Assembly: GCA_965213685.1 (NCBI GenBank)
Contig: CBDBZY010000018.1
Span: 256,001-320,000, forward strand
From: a bacterium
GTDB lineage: Bacteria > UBA8248
DNA length: 64,000 nucleotides
Direction: 5' to 3'
In this document: piece after piece, positions 1 to 14,116 of the stretch
Layout of the letters: each line of letters starts with the position of its first letter
Position numbering within the stretch: the first letter of the stretch is position 1
The notes under the pieces: generated by a model
What the model saw: the letters and a program-made list of their open reading frames with translations, nothing else
The model's database searches: none
What the model was told of the DNA's origin: nothing
Made by a program: the position numbers and the translations under genes

Positions 1-187
1 ATTCTATTCCTATTCCTATCACATATTGAGAGCCGCTAGTTATATGCACGTCTTGCGTATGCATGCACATTTCTATTTACTCTCCCTCCCTCCCTCCCTC
101 CTCACTATCTCTGTCCTTCTCATTGACAAGGACATTTTGATATTTTAGTATTACTGCCAGTCAAAAGAATGTTCCAACATACACATA

Positions 188-1378
188 TGTGAACGGATCT
201 GCGAAAACCGACCACCTTGTATCCTAGTCTCGTGAACCAGACGTAATCCCGCGGGGAATTACGTCTGGGCGCACCTGCCAGGGTTTTGGGCCCTCTGACG
301 GAATGTTGTCAGGGCCAATCAGATTGCAGCAAGCGCCTTATTACATTCCGCAAAACATTCCTGCCACCGTGCAAGCGTAGCTACCGTCCCCGTACTGTGG
401 CTACAGCTGTCTTCTCCGAGAGCGCGATTGACTTGGCAATACGCAGAGCAGCGGAGAAGCTCGGATACTCCAAGCTACGTCACCAGCAGGTGAGAGCCGT
501 CAAGAACTTTGTACAAGGCAACGACGTAGTTGTGAGTCTGCCAACCGGGAGCGGGAAGTCTCTATGTTATTAGACTACATCCTTCCTGCTACCTTCGACT
601 CGTTGTTTGGAGCTGATAGTCGACACCTTGCACGCTGTATCTTCCTCTCAGATTGTACAATCAAATTCTTTACGCGTTTAGGGTTAATTATCATTACGTC
701 ACCGCATACCGCGCAGATCCCAAAACCCTGGCAGGTGCGCCCAGACGTAATTCCCCGCGCGCCGCGGGATTACGTCTGGTTCACGAGACTACTTGTATCC
801 GCTATCGAAATCGAGATAGCGCAATGAATGATGTCATTGAGGTGTGGTCTAGGTCTGGTGAAAATTTGGAAGCGATCGCCTGTATAGTTTTGGAGATACG
901 GGCCTTAGAAGCACGGAGAGTCGGCTAATTTAGACGCACGCGTTTTCCAGAAAACGGGCGTTTATTGCGGTTGCTAGGGCGTGTTTTGCGTAGTCCGTAT
1001 ACTTCCGCGATACTTACAGTTTTTACACGAGTACTCGTGTTTACTTGTAATGGGCTGATTCTCCATACGATATAGCCATTAGGCAAGCTACAAGTCGTTA
1101 GCGTAGCTTGTAGATCATGTTCTTCGGCTTAGCAACGCACATCGTATACTCTACTAGACTATAACGGGGCGCTCGAATAGGCTGCATGTTTCACGCTATA
1201 GCGCTCGAACGGAAGCGCTGATGGCTGTCAAACTCCACCACGATGTAGCTAAAGGACCCAGGATTACAGTGGTATAATTAAAAAAGTTTGGGTCTAGAAC
1301 TACATGACCGTGTTCAAACGCCCGTATCTCTAATGTACATATTTTACAAGGTGGTCGGTTTTCGCAGATCCGGTCACA
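188..1378. mobile_element. Non-autonomous DNA transposon (MITE) with ~34-bp TIR and TA TSD
   Basis: TGTGAACGGATCTGCGAAAACCGACCACCTTGTA ... TACAAGGTGGTCGGTTTTCGCAGATCCGGTCACA flanked by TA (186-187, 1379-1380). The empty site cacaTAtacatg is seen in copy B at ~57815-57826. Confidence 0.92.
225..791 (+). mobile_element. AcademH-like non-autonomous element carrying a RecQ-type helicase N-terminal fragment, nested in the MITE above
   Basis: Long TIR TAGTCTCGTGAACCAGACGTAATCCCGCGG..., 9-bp TSD CTTGTATCC (216-224, 792-800). Internal ORF 286-573 has LGYSKLRHQQVRAV...GNDVVVSLPTGSGKSLCY, the RecQ Q-motif and motif I. Confidence 0.85.
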
Positions 1379-1672
1379 TATACATGTAAATCCTGTTGGA
1401 GAACAATGCTCTCTTGTCAGACTGTACTAACTGTTGTTAACTGTGATGTCACCTGTGTGTCTCTTTATAGCATGTATAGTGATGTAATGGTGTAGGCTTA
1501 TTTAGAACTTTGTGTTGGCTGTGTAGTTCCAGCCACTTGTTCATAAGAGTCAGTGCAATCACTTATGGTCAAAGCCGAGTCAGTCGCAAGTGCTTCTCTT
1601 TGCAACATACCCATCCCTTAATTACACCATTCACATTTCACTTGGTATATTCCTTCCCCACAACCACATGCG

Positions 1673-1784
<112 letters not shown>

Positions 1785-1980
1785 AGATACAACCCCCTGT
1801 GACACCTTACCTTTTACCTTCACCTTCAGCTGATACCAATTCTTCCTCTTCCTTCCCCCACTTCCCCCCTTTGTTCCTCATCCTTACCTTTCTCCCTCTC
1901 CTGTTCACCCACCAAGATAAGGTACTATTCCAACTATGTCCCTGCCCCATGCTGTGATGAGCTAGTGAGGTGGTGCCTAC

Positions 1981-4900
1981 CTTCACTCTCTCTCCTCTGC
2001 CGTTCTTCCTCCAACTTGGACCCACTCAGGACATTAGTTAGTGTCCACTTATCTTCCTCTTCACACTCTGCAGTTGAGGCAGAGATACATGTGCAGTTAC
2101 CTAGGCAACACTTGCCAGTAATTAGTGCAGTACTCCTCCCTCTGCCCACAGAGGAGATCACATTACATCATCCACTCACAGCTGACATCCTGTGCATAGT
2201 GCACTATGTACCCACAGGGAGGACATGCCACAGCCTTGTACATGTACATACCATCTCACCACATCTCCTACTGCTACTGCTGCCCACAGCATCACTCCAC
2301 AGTGAGCAGTGTGGCCAGTCCCCCACTCCACTCACTGCCACAGTGCCCATCATGCTGCCTACCACACTCACTCCACTCACCAAACTCCAGGACTGTGGTG
2401 TCAGAGAGCAGCGGCCAGTCATTCCAAGAGGTATACTTGATAAAGTTATCAGAGACTCCAGCCACAGCCACCACCAACCTCTTTGTAGGAGTGAGGTGGA
2501 TCACTCCACCACCATGCAAGCACCGTGGAGTCAGGGATCCTGGGGGAAGGAGTACCTGTAGGGAGGGGAACAGGAGAACACTCAAATGTACAGCAGTCCA
2601 CACAATTGTCTGCTGCTCCACTGCTTACTGTTGGCTGTCAGTGGAAGTGTGTTGTGTATTATCTCAAAGGCTGCACATCACCTCCTACACACCCACTGCA
2701 TTCACTGCTCTCCAGTAATGGAGCAGCCCATTCCTCACTACTCTCTCCCTCTCCATACCACACAACTCTACACCACATGACTTCTCTACATGCACTGCAC
2801 ACACTGCCATATGCTCTGCACATGCCAACCTCTATCCACTCACATGCCACACCTACTCACTTGGTTTGGCTGCACAGGACAATACCACACACACCACAAC
2901 ACACCATCACTACTGGTATAGGGGCAGGCTTACAAGGGGAAGTGTTCAGCTGAGCACTAGCCACACATGCAGTGTGAAGGTCATTGCCGCACAACAGCAC
3001 CACTAAGGGGACATCAACACACTCACTGCCTCATGAGCTCACAGTTCACTCACCTCCTCCCACTGGATGGCATTAATATCGAAGAGCCACACATCTCCCA
3101 GTGGCTCGCCTGTATTGGTCTGACCTCCCACCATCACCATACATGGGTGTGGTGGGTCTTTGTCTGGATCCCACAGACTGTAGGCTGTGTGAGCCTGCCT
3201 CTCCTCAGGCCATGGCTGGCCTGTCTGAGGTAGCACTGGTCCAGTCCAGTGCTGAAGAGGGAGAACAATTTGAAAACACTTTGAGAACATGTAATCCACT
3301 CACATATGCACATGCTCCAGCTCAGTAAGGCACCCTCCCCTCTCTACACTGCCTGTATGGACTCACACTACTAGCTAGCCACACATGCCAGCCCATGTAC
3401 ATGGAACATGTACCTGCAAACCTCTTCTCCCATGCACACTAACTGTCATGTACACTGTACATACATGTACACTGTATGTAGTCTACATGTGGATTCTGTC
3501 TCATCATGATAAGAGCAACATCTTGTCCACTACTCTATCAGTTACTATGCATGTACACGCCACTATTGGGTCCCACCAGAGACAATATATTACTGTATGT
3601 ATGCCCATATTCACGTGTGTATGCTCATATTCATGTAAATGTACACACATGGAGAAGGCACTAATTATGTGTTTTATTGTTCAAACAACTGAACTACATA
3701 AGCAGTAGGCCACAGGTAATCTCAGACAGTACATTATTAATATCAGCCACTCACCCATGCCACAGTGTCCAGGATGAACACTGCATTTTTCAACCTCTTC
3801 CTCTCTGCATCAAACCCACCAAACCACATGACTCTCCTCCTGTCCACCCTAGTGAGGGTCATGCCACCAGATGGAGGTGGAGTCCTACCAGTGGTGGGTG
3901 GAGTGGACCACTGACCTGGAGGGGGAGGGAGGGAATGGTCTGGGACTAGCCACACCCACTGGCCTGGGAACACTGCTCACATGATCCACCAACACCCACC
4001 AGGTAAGGCACAAGGCACTCTGCTCCTCACAATCTACACCACTACATACTGACATGTACTAGTCAACATGTGAGGAGCTCTGCAATGCTCTCACTGTACT
4101 TGCTCTATTTGATTCTTTTACCATAAAATCGAACTCTGTTGCTGTTGGGGTAGGCGAATGGGAAATATGTAAACAATTAACTTCTTATTCACAGACTGTA
4201 GTGGTATTGTGGGCATGGGAGTGAATACAGTTCATAGTTGACACAGAAGAGGTGCCTGGCTCTGCAATGCTCTGACTGTACTTCATTTGAATATTTTACT
4301 ATGAAATATTTTGTTGGGGCCAATGGGAACTATCTCAAATAAGTAAACATTGAAACTTCCTGTTTATCATAGACAGTGGTGTAGTGGTATTGTGGGCATG
4401 GGAATGAATACAATTCATAGTTGACACAGAAGAGGTGCCTGGCTGACTGTCCAAACATGAGCATGCCAGGCTGATTGCCTGACATGATACAGGTACATAC
4501 ATGTACATAGCAGAGGGTGAGGGATGTGACTTGTGTAGGGCAGCATACATAGTCACATCATTTGCATGCCCACCTCATGTGGTGAGAGGTAGCATGTCTG
4601 TGCATATATGTATGCTAGAATAGCTGACATGGTTACCATGTACACAGGAGGAGAGAGAGAGCTTCCTTATTAGGAAGCATACTATCACCATGCCTGGCCA
4701 CGCTGTGTGGGTGTTTCCCAACTGTCTATGATGGGGCACAGAGACCACCTCCACCCTAACTAACAGCTCCTCCTCAAGCAGCCACTGCTAGAGAGGCAGC
4801 ACTGCAGCACAGAAGAGACAGCCTAGCACCAAACATTACTAACTAGAGGAGTGGTGCAGCTGAGGAGGGCCTTGGAAACAAGAGAGACATGTCTACAGCA

Positions 4901-6272
4901 GATGAGCTCATATCAGCTCCCACGACTGCTCTCTGAGACTGCACTGGAGGGAGAAGCTCGGCTGCAGTAGAGACACATTATATATAATTGCTTATAAATA
5001 GATTGGCCTCTGAGACAATAGACAGGAGAGAGGTCCAGCTATGTAGTCCAGTTAGAGTTGATAACAACTTCTCAGCATGAGAGATTGCTCAGTGATAGTA
5101 CTAGACAGAGGGAGCTGCAGAAAGTCACAGCTACAAGAAGCTCAGGTGCAGTAGAGAAACGGATTGCTTTGAGGGGGTCTGGGAGAATGCCACTGAGTGA
5201 ATTATTGAAGTACAGACACTCTCAGATGGATTCTGAGGCATTCTGCAAGTCATAGCCATTCTCATTATTCTGTTGGGGGATGAAGTTGCTTTCTTGGGGG
5301 AGGGGGTGATATCCCAGGCCTTTTCCTCCCCCTGCATGAACCCCTGCTGATTTTGCAACACAACTGTACCCCATACACATGGCCACATGTACAATCATGC
5401 ATACCTTACTGCACCTAATGATATCCTAAAATTTGAGGTACATAGGAGAGGGCAAAGAAAAGGTATAACTGATCTGCAGCACATGACCACACTTATGCAT
5501 ATTACATGATGCATTACCAGTAATTGGTTTCTAATCCTCAAGCACACATACTTTGAGTAAGGATGTCATGCTCTGGCAGCAATCAGTTGTCTCTATCTGC
5601 ACTGAGTTTGTGGTCTGTGTCTGGTGTTATTACATGTGGCCATGTGTAGAGGTCAGCTCATACATGCAGTGGACCAGTTGTAACCTCATGCACAGCATGT
5701 GAGGCAGAGTAAAGGTACTGACAGTCCATGCACACACCTGACTCAGAGTTGTAGTACAGGAGCTGATTGGTGTGTCCTCGACCTTTACTGTCCCCTGGAT
5801 TAGGAATGAAGCCTGTCATTGGTTGGTAGGTAGGACATTCTGCGTACCCTCCAGCAGTGAGTAGATGCCCATTGGACAATGCGACAAGACCAGAGTTCAC
5901 AGTGCGTAGCATTTGGCCAGTGCTGACAATTCTCTTCCATACAAAATTTTGTGAGTTGAAAACAGAGAGCTCATTGCAGAAGCCTGGGTCACCACTGTTC
6001 CCACCCATGAAGTACACATTTGTGTGGTACGAGGTGACTGCAGCACCTTGGAACCATGATGGCAGCTCACCAGATGTCGGATATTTCTTCCATGATAAGG
6101 CTACGCCATCAAACATCTCCACTTCTCGTGGTAGCGTGAAAATGCTTTTGTGCTGGAATGACTTAAGCATGCCCCTAAACATCCAGAGTTGTGAGCCAAT
6201 TGAAAAGGTCGGTGCATCAAAACGTTCCTCAGGATCATATGAGCCAGTTGGCTGTGCAGGAGGCTCAGCCAT
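1981..6272 (-). CDS. Kelch-repeat beta-propeller protein, copy A; exons 6272-5738, 3915-3755, 3251-3054, 2555-2381, 2067-1981; 3' end not located
   Basis: Canonical AG/GT boundaries with compatible phases (1,0,0,1,1) give one open frame. Kelch motifs include VYFMGG...NELSVFN...W, LLTAGG, VMWFGG...VFILDTVAW and MVMVGG...LGDVWLFDINAIQW. The last exon is charged/coiled-coil-like and ends on a phase-1 donor. Confidence 0.85.
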
Positions 6273-7049
6273 GGCTGGATCTGGGGAGAGAGGGGGGAGG
6301 GGGAGATAGCCACTGAGTGAAGTTTCAGCCACGACAATACACATTTGTAGAAGTACACATGTATATGTGAACATCTTTCAGGTCTGATTTGAGACAGTGG
6401 AAGAAGATTGTAAGCTACAAACACTTGTAGTACGTGCAGCATGTGCAGTAGGCATATCTCAACACACGTGGGTATCAGTGCACTGGGCAGTGCTTCAAAG
6501 TGTGTAAGGCAAACTAGGCAAGTGCAGTCCAGTGTTGCGGCCAGGCTCACACCACTTGCAAGAGGTTGCTAAACTGAGAGAAGAAACCCCTTTATGTAAT
6601 GTAGCCTTACTATCTAACTAGCTACTAAGGAGAAACCCCTTTATGTAATGTAGCCTTACCATCTAAGTACATACTGAGGTTTCTATGCACAGTGAGGGAA
6701 ATCCCATGATGCATTGTACTATGAGCTAATCCCATCATGAGATGGATTTCGTGGCTGCACACAAGGACATTCTGGAGCCATCTCATGCTGCTTGATGTCT
6801 GATCTATATCACTCTATGCAAATGCTAGACATGTACCTCAAAGGGTGAAGTTACCATGAAGATACTATGTGCATACTGTCCACAGACCATTACAGTTGCT
6901 GACATGAGGAATGAGGAGCAGGAGTTTTGTGCAGTGGGTGGAGACCTGATGCAGCAATGAGTGATATGCCATGCCCATTGAAGGAATGTCAGCGCACAAA
7001 GATAGTGAGAACTGGCATGTAGGGGTGGAAGTATGGAGCAAGGAATGGT

Positions 7050-7780
7050 GCACTAACAGTAGCGGGTTCAAGCGGTACGGAAACGCCGCACGGTGTCATT
7101 AGAAACCCGCGATGGCTACTCTGAGCGTTACAGTCCTACTGTTAGGGGAGGGGCTTGCTATGGTACACAAAGAGATGTATTCTGAACCGAGGGCTGTCCG
7201 CTGAGCAGGGCAAAGGCTAGGGCCGCGCTTGTATATGTGAGAAAGCAAGTGACGCTCGGACTGGCAACGGGGAAAGGATGCTCGGATCATCCGATGTGTG
7301 ACGGGACAAGGTCTGAGAGCTAGGCTTGACACTACTCTAGTCCTACCATGCAATCACAAGAGTAGCAAAATGTCTAAAGGCTCTTGCCATTTGTTCCCAC
7401 AGAGATACACATTATGGCTTCGCGATCGCTGCCGGCCGCAGCGCTTATGATGTATGCTATACTCCGCGCAACTTCTAAGCCTTTGGCTGTAAACTTATTA
7501 TGGCTCACTCTTTTCTGGGTTCTCCTAGCCAGTTGAATGCTCCCTTTGTTTTATCTTGCACGGCGAGGTTCACTCCGATCTGCCCCACCCTTTGCTCGAT
7601 AGTTTCCTCTTAGTATACGTATATACGCGACGTTGAGTCTCATGCAAAACCGGAAGTTCAGTGGGAAATATTGTTCAGCTCACATGAGGGCGACAAGCCA
7701 GCAATTCGAAGGCGCCAGCAAAACGCTGTGTTTCTGAAGTAAATATTGAGCTATGGCGTCCAAGACTGTCACTTTTTCCT
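7050..7780. promoter_or_regulatory. CpG-rich island upstream of the Kelch gene; possible promoter
   Basis: Local CpG enrichment relative to CpG-poor introns; ETS-like ACCGGAAGT near 7649 and YY1-like ATGGCG near 7753. Function is inferred only. Confidence 0.3.
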
Positions 7781-8489
7781 ACTGTCTCTCTACTGTATGG
7801 CTCTATCTGTTGTCTTTTATTCATTTGTCGTATGTTTGCTAGTTTGCGAACATGGAAGCGTCGATCCTAGTCGGGTTTTTTTCCAGCACTTTTGACGGCT
7901 ATTGTTTTTACGTCAGCTCTCGCTTGTTTAGATGCTCCCCCCCCCCCCCACACACACACACACACACTCACCTACACACTCACACGCATGCACATTTTCG
8001 CCATCCACGCCTACTAAAGAGACACGTGAGTTACTCAGTACACGAATCAGGCGGAAAGTATTCGCAGCGCCTAGTGTAGCTCGCCTCCTATCAAGAATAC
8101 TATTGCTAAGCATAAGTATTCTAGCTATTTGCCTTGAGCGAGCCAGACGTATTTTCCGTGTACGCATGCGCTCGAGACTATAATTTTTGACGTTGCGTGC
8201 TCGTGTTCGCAATGGTTTGCCATAATGAGAGTCAGGCCCCTTGTATGAACTGCATTCCGACTCTTCTACATAATTATTATTATAGGCTGTCACTTTCAGG
8301 TCTGATTTTTCTTTCCAAATATATATTTTTTGTTTCATGCATATTTCTACTATGATCTCTAGAGGTGAATTAAGTGGCATGTGAGAGGGGTATAGCTATG
8401 ACAACAAAGAGTCGGTACAGCGTAGTACATAGGAAAATGACACAGACCGCTTTGGAATACACATCAGACTTGTTCTCAAGCCATCTACT

Positions 8490-10666
8490 ATGCACCCAAG
8501 AAGCTCAAAACCTTGTTGTAGAATGATATGGAGATATGCTCATGCAGACTTTCCTCTTGCACAGCAACTACTTTTTGAAGTAGACTGGGACAGGATCATT
8601 ACAGATGATGTTGACTCCTCATGGCTGAATTGGCAATCCAAATTCCTTGAAATAATGGAGATCTGCATCCCCAAAAAAGTACTTCCCTCTAAACGCCGCA
8701 ACCTTCCATGGCTAACCAAGAGAATTGTGCAGGCAATGCGCCGAAGAAATGCTCTATTTAAACGGGCCATGAGAAGTAGAGTTGATTCTGACTGTGCCAA
8801 ATACCGTGAAGTAAGGAATAATGTTGTGAGTAGTCTCAGATCTGCCAAGAGTGCCTACTTTCATAAACCATCTAATTCTAAAAAGTTTTAGCAAGCGGTG
8901 AAGTGTCTCAACAAGAACTGCTCTTCTATCCCCACTCTGACACATAACAACGTAAGTTATGAGTCAGATGAAGACAAAGCTGCTGTTCTCAACTCACATT
9001 TTATCAGTTGCTTCAACAACACTGTTGAACCATTACAAGTACCAGATGAAGAAACATATATTTCTCACCAAGTACCTGTGGATCTGTCCAACATTATGTG
9101 CAGTGAAGAGGAAGTTGAAGCAATGCTTCATTCACTTGACACTACTAAGGCAAATGGCAAGGATGGAATTTCAGCTCGAATGCTCAAGGAAACTGCTGCT
9201 GCAATTGCTCCTTCAATAACAAAACTGTTTATTTTATCTATCCAACTCTGTCGTATACCTCATGCCTGGAAGGATGCAATTGTTATGCCTATTCCTAAAA
9301 AGCAGGGTGCCAAGACCCCCACAGAATTTAGACCAATATCCTTGCTCCCAACTCTAAGCAAGGTCCTTGAAAGACACTTCTATTTGCTAATCTCAGAGCA
9401 CATAAGTGACCACTCTCCCCTTTCTACCTGCCAATTCGGCTTTCAGTCTGGGAAGTCTACCATTTCTGCCTTACTGTCAGTGACACAGGACTGGTTCAGA
9501 CAGCTGAAGGAGAGACAAGAGATAGGGGCAGTGTTTTTCGATTAAAAAAAAAAGCTTTTGACTCTGTTCCACACCTCCCACTGGTTGATAAGTTTTAGAA
9601 ACTTGAACTTCATCCTTATATCATTCAATGGGTTCATCACTATTTAGCTGACAGAAAAGAGTGTGGTGGTGAATGGAGCATCATCAAACCCATTAAGAGT
9701 TACATCTAGTGTGCCCCAAGGATCAATCTTAGGTCCACTACTCTTCCTCATTTACATTGACGATATTGCACACATCTCATTATCTGAGGGATCTAAACTG
9801 GTTCTGTATGCTGATGACATTCTCCTGTACCACCCCATTTCATCACCACGGGACTATGAATTACTCCAATGTGATATAGATGCTGTGCAGGCCTATGCTT
9901 CTACTCAACATATGACCCTCAATACGACCAAGTGCATATTCATGTTGGTGTCTCAAAAGAATAGGCCCAGCATTCCAAGTGTCACCATCTCTCTCGACGG
10001 AGTACCACTTGAGAACATCACCACTTTAGATGTACTGCTGTCTTCTGACCTCTCCTGGTCAAGTCACATACAAAAATCTTGTTCAAAGGCAAGGCAGTTA
10101 TTGGGACTCCTTTATAGGAGATTTTACAGACATTCAAGTGAACAAACTCTATGTCAACTCTACATTTCATTAGTACTTCCACATTTGCAGTATGGTTCAT
10201 CTGTGTGGTCTCCCCATCTGCAAAAGGATGTCGCTATGTTGGAAAAAAACTCAACATTTTGCTTGTAACTATGGGATTCCAACTACTATGAGCTCCTTGA
10301 CCAACTTTGAGTTCCAACCCTAGCTAATCACAGGCTGCACACTGACCTGTGTTTGCTGTATAAGATCGTCTATGGAATAATATACTTTCCACCTGACATA
10401 ATCATTCCTAGTGCCAGGGTCACACACAGTACTCACTGTCACTTACTTCACCAGCCATTTGCGCATACAGATGCCTACCTTAATTCTTTTGTTCCTAGGT
10501 CTATATCTTTGTGGAACTCATTACCTAACTCTGTTGTATCATTATCCTCTTTCACTAGATTTCAGCATACTTTATCATTATATACCTTATACTCATTAGC
10601 TCCTGCTACTCTGTGTATCCATGCTCTACAGCTAAATTTTCATAGAAATTGTCATAGAAAAAAAAA
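8490..10666 (+). mobile_element. 5'-truncated, decayed CR1/L2-group LINE (reverse transcriptase)
   Basis: ORF pieces with FRPISLLPTLSKVLE, QFGF, VFFD, VPQGSILGPLLF, LYADD and LQYGSSVWSPH, interrupted by stops and frameshifts; A-rich tail at ~10657-10666. Confidence 0.92.
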
Positions 10667-10699
10667 GTAATGCAGAAAAAAGACAACGTGTACTGCAAT

Positions 10700-13600
10700 T
10701 ATTTAATGAGTAATAATAATAATAACAATAACAAAGGGATACAAAGATAGCCTTAAGCTAATACTATGCATACCCTATAACAAAATGTTTACATAGACAA
10801 CGTTTAAAAGTAGAGATGGAGTTACAACATGGAAGGGAGGCAGGCAGTTCATTCCACATACGTACTGATTGGGGGAAAAAAGAAGAGAGGTATTGGCAAG
10901 TATGCCCACTAAGATAATGCAAATGATGGCTATGTGATGCACGAGTTGAATAGTACAGTTGACATTGCACAAGTAGTGGTTCTGTAAAGTAAGCCATGTT
11001 GTTAATATACTTATAGAGCAAAACGAGTTTCATTCTCTTGCGTCTCACTTGGAGTGAAGGTAGTTGTAGAGTATGCAGCAACTCTTCATAGCTCCAGTGC
11101 CATTGCTTTGTGCATACTTTTGTCGCAAATTTTTGCACCTTCTCCAGTAGCTGAATATCTTTTTGCAAGAAAGGGTCCCACACAGTGCATGCATACTCCA
11201 AATGTGGACGAATTAGCAAGAGATAGAGATGCTTCATAGTGTTTGTGTCAGCATACTGGTAGAATTGCCTGTACACTAGTCCAACAAGTCGTTGAGCTCT
11301 TTGACTGACAAGCTGAACATGACTACTCCACATGAGGTCACTGGTGAGGTTAATGCCAAGATATGTGATGGTATTACACTCCTCTATGTGGTGACCATTC
11401 AGTAAGAGAGTTGGAAGAACGCATCTCTTTCTTTTTCTTGACACCACCATAGACTTACACTTCTGTTCATTGAAAGTGAGATGGTTTGAATTGCACCAGG
11501 CACTAAGGGAGTCAATGTCTTCTTGCAGGAATTTGTAATCGTTTCCAGAGGTGACTGGCCAATACAAAAGGATGTCATCAGCATAGAGAAGCAGTTTACT
11601 CTCATGTGAGAGATTGACAGAGTTAATGTCACTCATGAAAACGATAAACAGTAAAGGACCCAAGACTCATCCTTGAGGAACTCCTGATGTAACGGGTAGA
11701 CTACGTGAAATAGAGCCATTCAGAACAGTACATTGTTTTCTGTCTGTAAGGTAGTCAGATATCCAGGCTATAAGAAATGGATCAAGGTTGATATCAGCCA
11801 GTTTTTGTAAAAGATGTTGATGTGGTACTGAATCAAAGGCCTTTTTAATATCAAAAAAGATAGCAGCAACTTCATTTCCCTCTTCTAGTTGTGTCAACCA
11901 GTCATCTGTGACTTTTATAAAGGCACTAGTAGTTGACCTTTGTGGCAGAAATCCCCATTGGTTTGATGGAGGTGGGCAAAGAGACTCAAGATTTTTAGCA
12001 ACTCTGTTATAAATAATTTTCTCCAACACTTTACTCACAACTGAGAGCAACGATATGGGTCTGTAGTTGGAGGGTGAAGTACTGTTGGACCCTTTGGGGA
12101 TTGGCACTATATTTGAGATCTTCCAAACTAATGGGATTTTTTCATGCTTAATCATCTTGTTAAAGAGTCCAGCAAGTATTGGGGAAACACTCCCACTGTG
12201 CCTTTCAGAATTCGAACAGAGATTTGGTCAGGACCTGAGGCTTTAGACACATCCAGTCTCCAAATAATGTCCATGACTTCCTCTTCATTACACATGAAGT
12301 ACTCAGGACAGGTGTTTGTGTCATGGTGGAATTGTACAGGGTCAGAGCTAAGAGGGGGTAATGCTGAATTAAAGCAGCTACAGAAAAACTGGTTGAGAAT
12401 GTTTGCCTTGTCTTCATTAGAGGTAATGGGCTGCCCATCGTCATATAATACTGGAATTGATGAAGTAGTTTTGCCTCTCAGTAGCTTTACAGTTTTCCAA
12501 AAAGCCTTGGTGTTTGTAGGTCTAACATTCTGCACAAAATGTTTCTTGTTAAAATGCAGCATACTTACAACTTCATTTCGCAGCTTTCTATACTTTGGAA
12601 GATATGAAGTGTTTGTCTTTGACTTCTTCCAGTAATAGTTTCGGATTTTCATTTTCCGTCTTATTGATTTTGTGACCCATGGAAGGCTTCTGTTGTTTTG
12701 AATAGTGCTTTGAGGTATACACTCTTCAAGAATGGACATGAACTTCTCATACCAGAGATGCCATAGATCATCAATGTTACCAGATGAACATTGCAATAAT
12801 ATATCCCAGTTGACAGCATCAATGAGTACAGGCTCTATCAAAGTCTGCTTGAGAATAGTTCCAACATTTCCTAGGCAGAACTCTACTGGGAAAATTTTTT
12901 CTTCTGATAGTAAGACACAGTCCACTGTAGTCAGAGTTTGAAAGTGGTGGAATGACACAGCATGACTGCAGTAAGCTTAGATTAGATAGAAGTGCCAGGT
13001 CAATCATACTTGCTTTTCCAGAAACACAAACCCGAGTGGGTTCCTGTATAACTTGAGTCAGATAATAACTGTTGAGTATAGTTCGCAAAGAGTGATACAA
13101 AGGAGAAGATGAGTCAAGATAATCTACATTAAAATCCCCTATCAATACAAAAATTTAATTTGAGAAATGAACTTGATGCAAAAATAAAGAAAGACTATGT
13201 AGATCTGTGTAAACAGAAACAGGAGGAACATACAGAACACACACACACCACAAGCTCTGACCATCAAACAATTTTACACCTAGCAGCTCCAGATTTTCAG
13301 GACCATTGTACACAACACAGAAGGAGAGATTATTCCTAATATAAAGCATAACACCACCACCATGTCTGTCCCTATCTTGTCTAACCAGATTATAGCCATT
13401 GATTGTGAGTTCTGAGTCAGATATAGAGTCATGTAACCATGTTTCCACTATACAAACAATGTCAGGAGTTGTATCAGAACAAATGAGTTTTGGGATAATA
13501 CTTCTAGCATTGTAGTACAAAGCACTGAGAGTCACAAGCTTTTTCAAGGAATTAGGAGCTACTTTAGCAGTGCCAGAAGCTACTACTGGTCTTAAAAGGA

Positions 13601-14060
13601 CTGCATTTCACTGGAAGGCATGGAAGAGCCTTTGTCTGAGGCAACAGCTAATTCACCAGCAAGAGCTGATGTTGAGGTTTCAGGAGCTGTAGTAGGAGCA
13701 ATACTTGACATCTTATCACAAACAGGGTCAAGAATAGGAGATATGTTGCCATTGTGCTGCATACTGATACATGTAAATGAGCCATTTGTGTCATCATTCT
13801 CCAAGACCACCACTGCAGGTGATAAAGTGCCATCCACCACAGAGGTGTTGCTAGGGGGGTGCACTGAAGTTGCAACTGCTGCATCTGATGGTCTTGTGCA
13901 GTGTTCAATGCACCAACCTGTTTGCAGGCTGACCTTCTCCCAATCATTTTCCAGTGCAAGCAAGGTGCTTTCATCAGCATGTAGTAAGAACCACCACTTA
14001 GGCTTTCCAGAAGAGAAAATTGCAAATTTTCTGTTTACTTTCAAAGGGGTACTTATTTAA
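10700..14060 (-). mobile_element. Decayed CR1/L2-group LINE with ORF1 remnant, APE endonuclease and RT
   Basis: Endonuclease motifs YYNARSI, IVETWL, RHGGGV and IGDFN (13547-12819); RT motifs YRPISLLSVVSKVLE, FFDIKKAFDSVPH, GVPQG and LYADD (12155-10764); (TTA)n tail at ~10710-10733; several frameshifts. Confidence 0.93.
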
Positions 14061-14116
14061 AGAAATTAAAACAAAAGTAAGGCAAGAAAAGACTGCCAGG
14101 CTTGTACGTTTAGGAG

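Noticed and set aside
286-573. Host RecQ helicase gene
   Set aside because: Only the N-terminal motifs are present, and they lie between TIRs with a 9-bp TSD, so it is a transposon fragment.
5857-6309. Plus-strand ORFs overlapping Kelch, ROC-COR and RT exons
   Set aside because: Antisense shadows of real coding sequence with no independent motifs.
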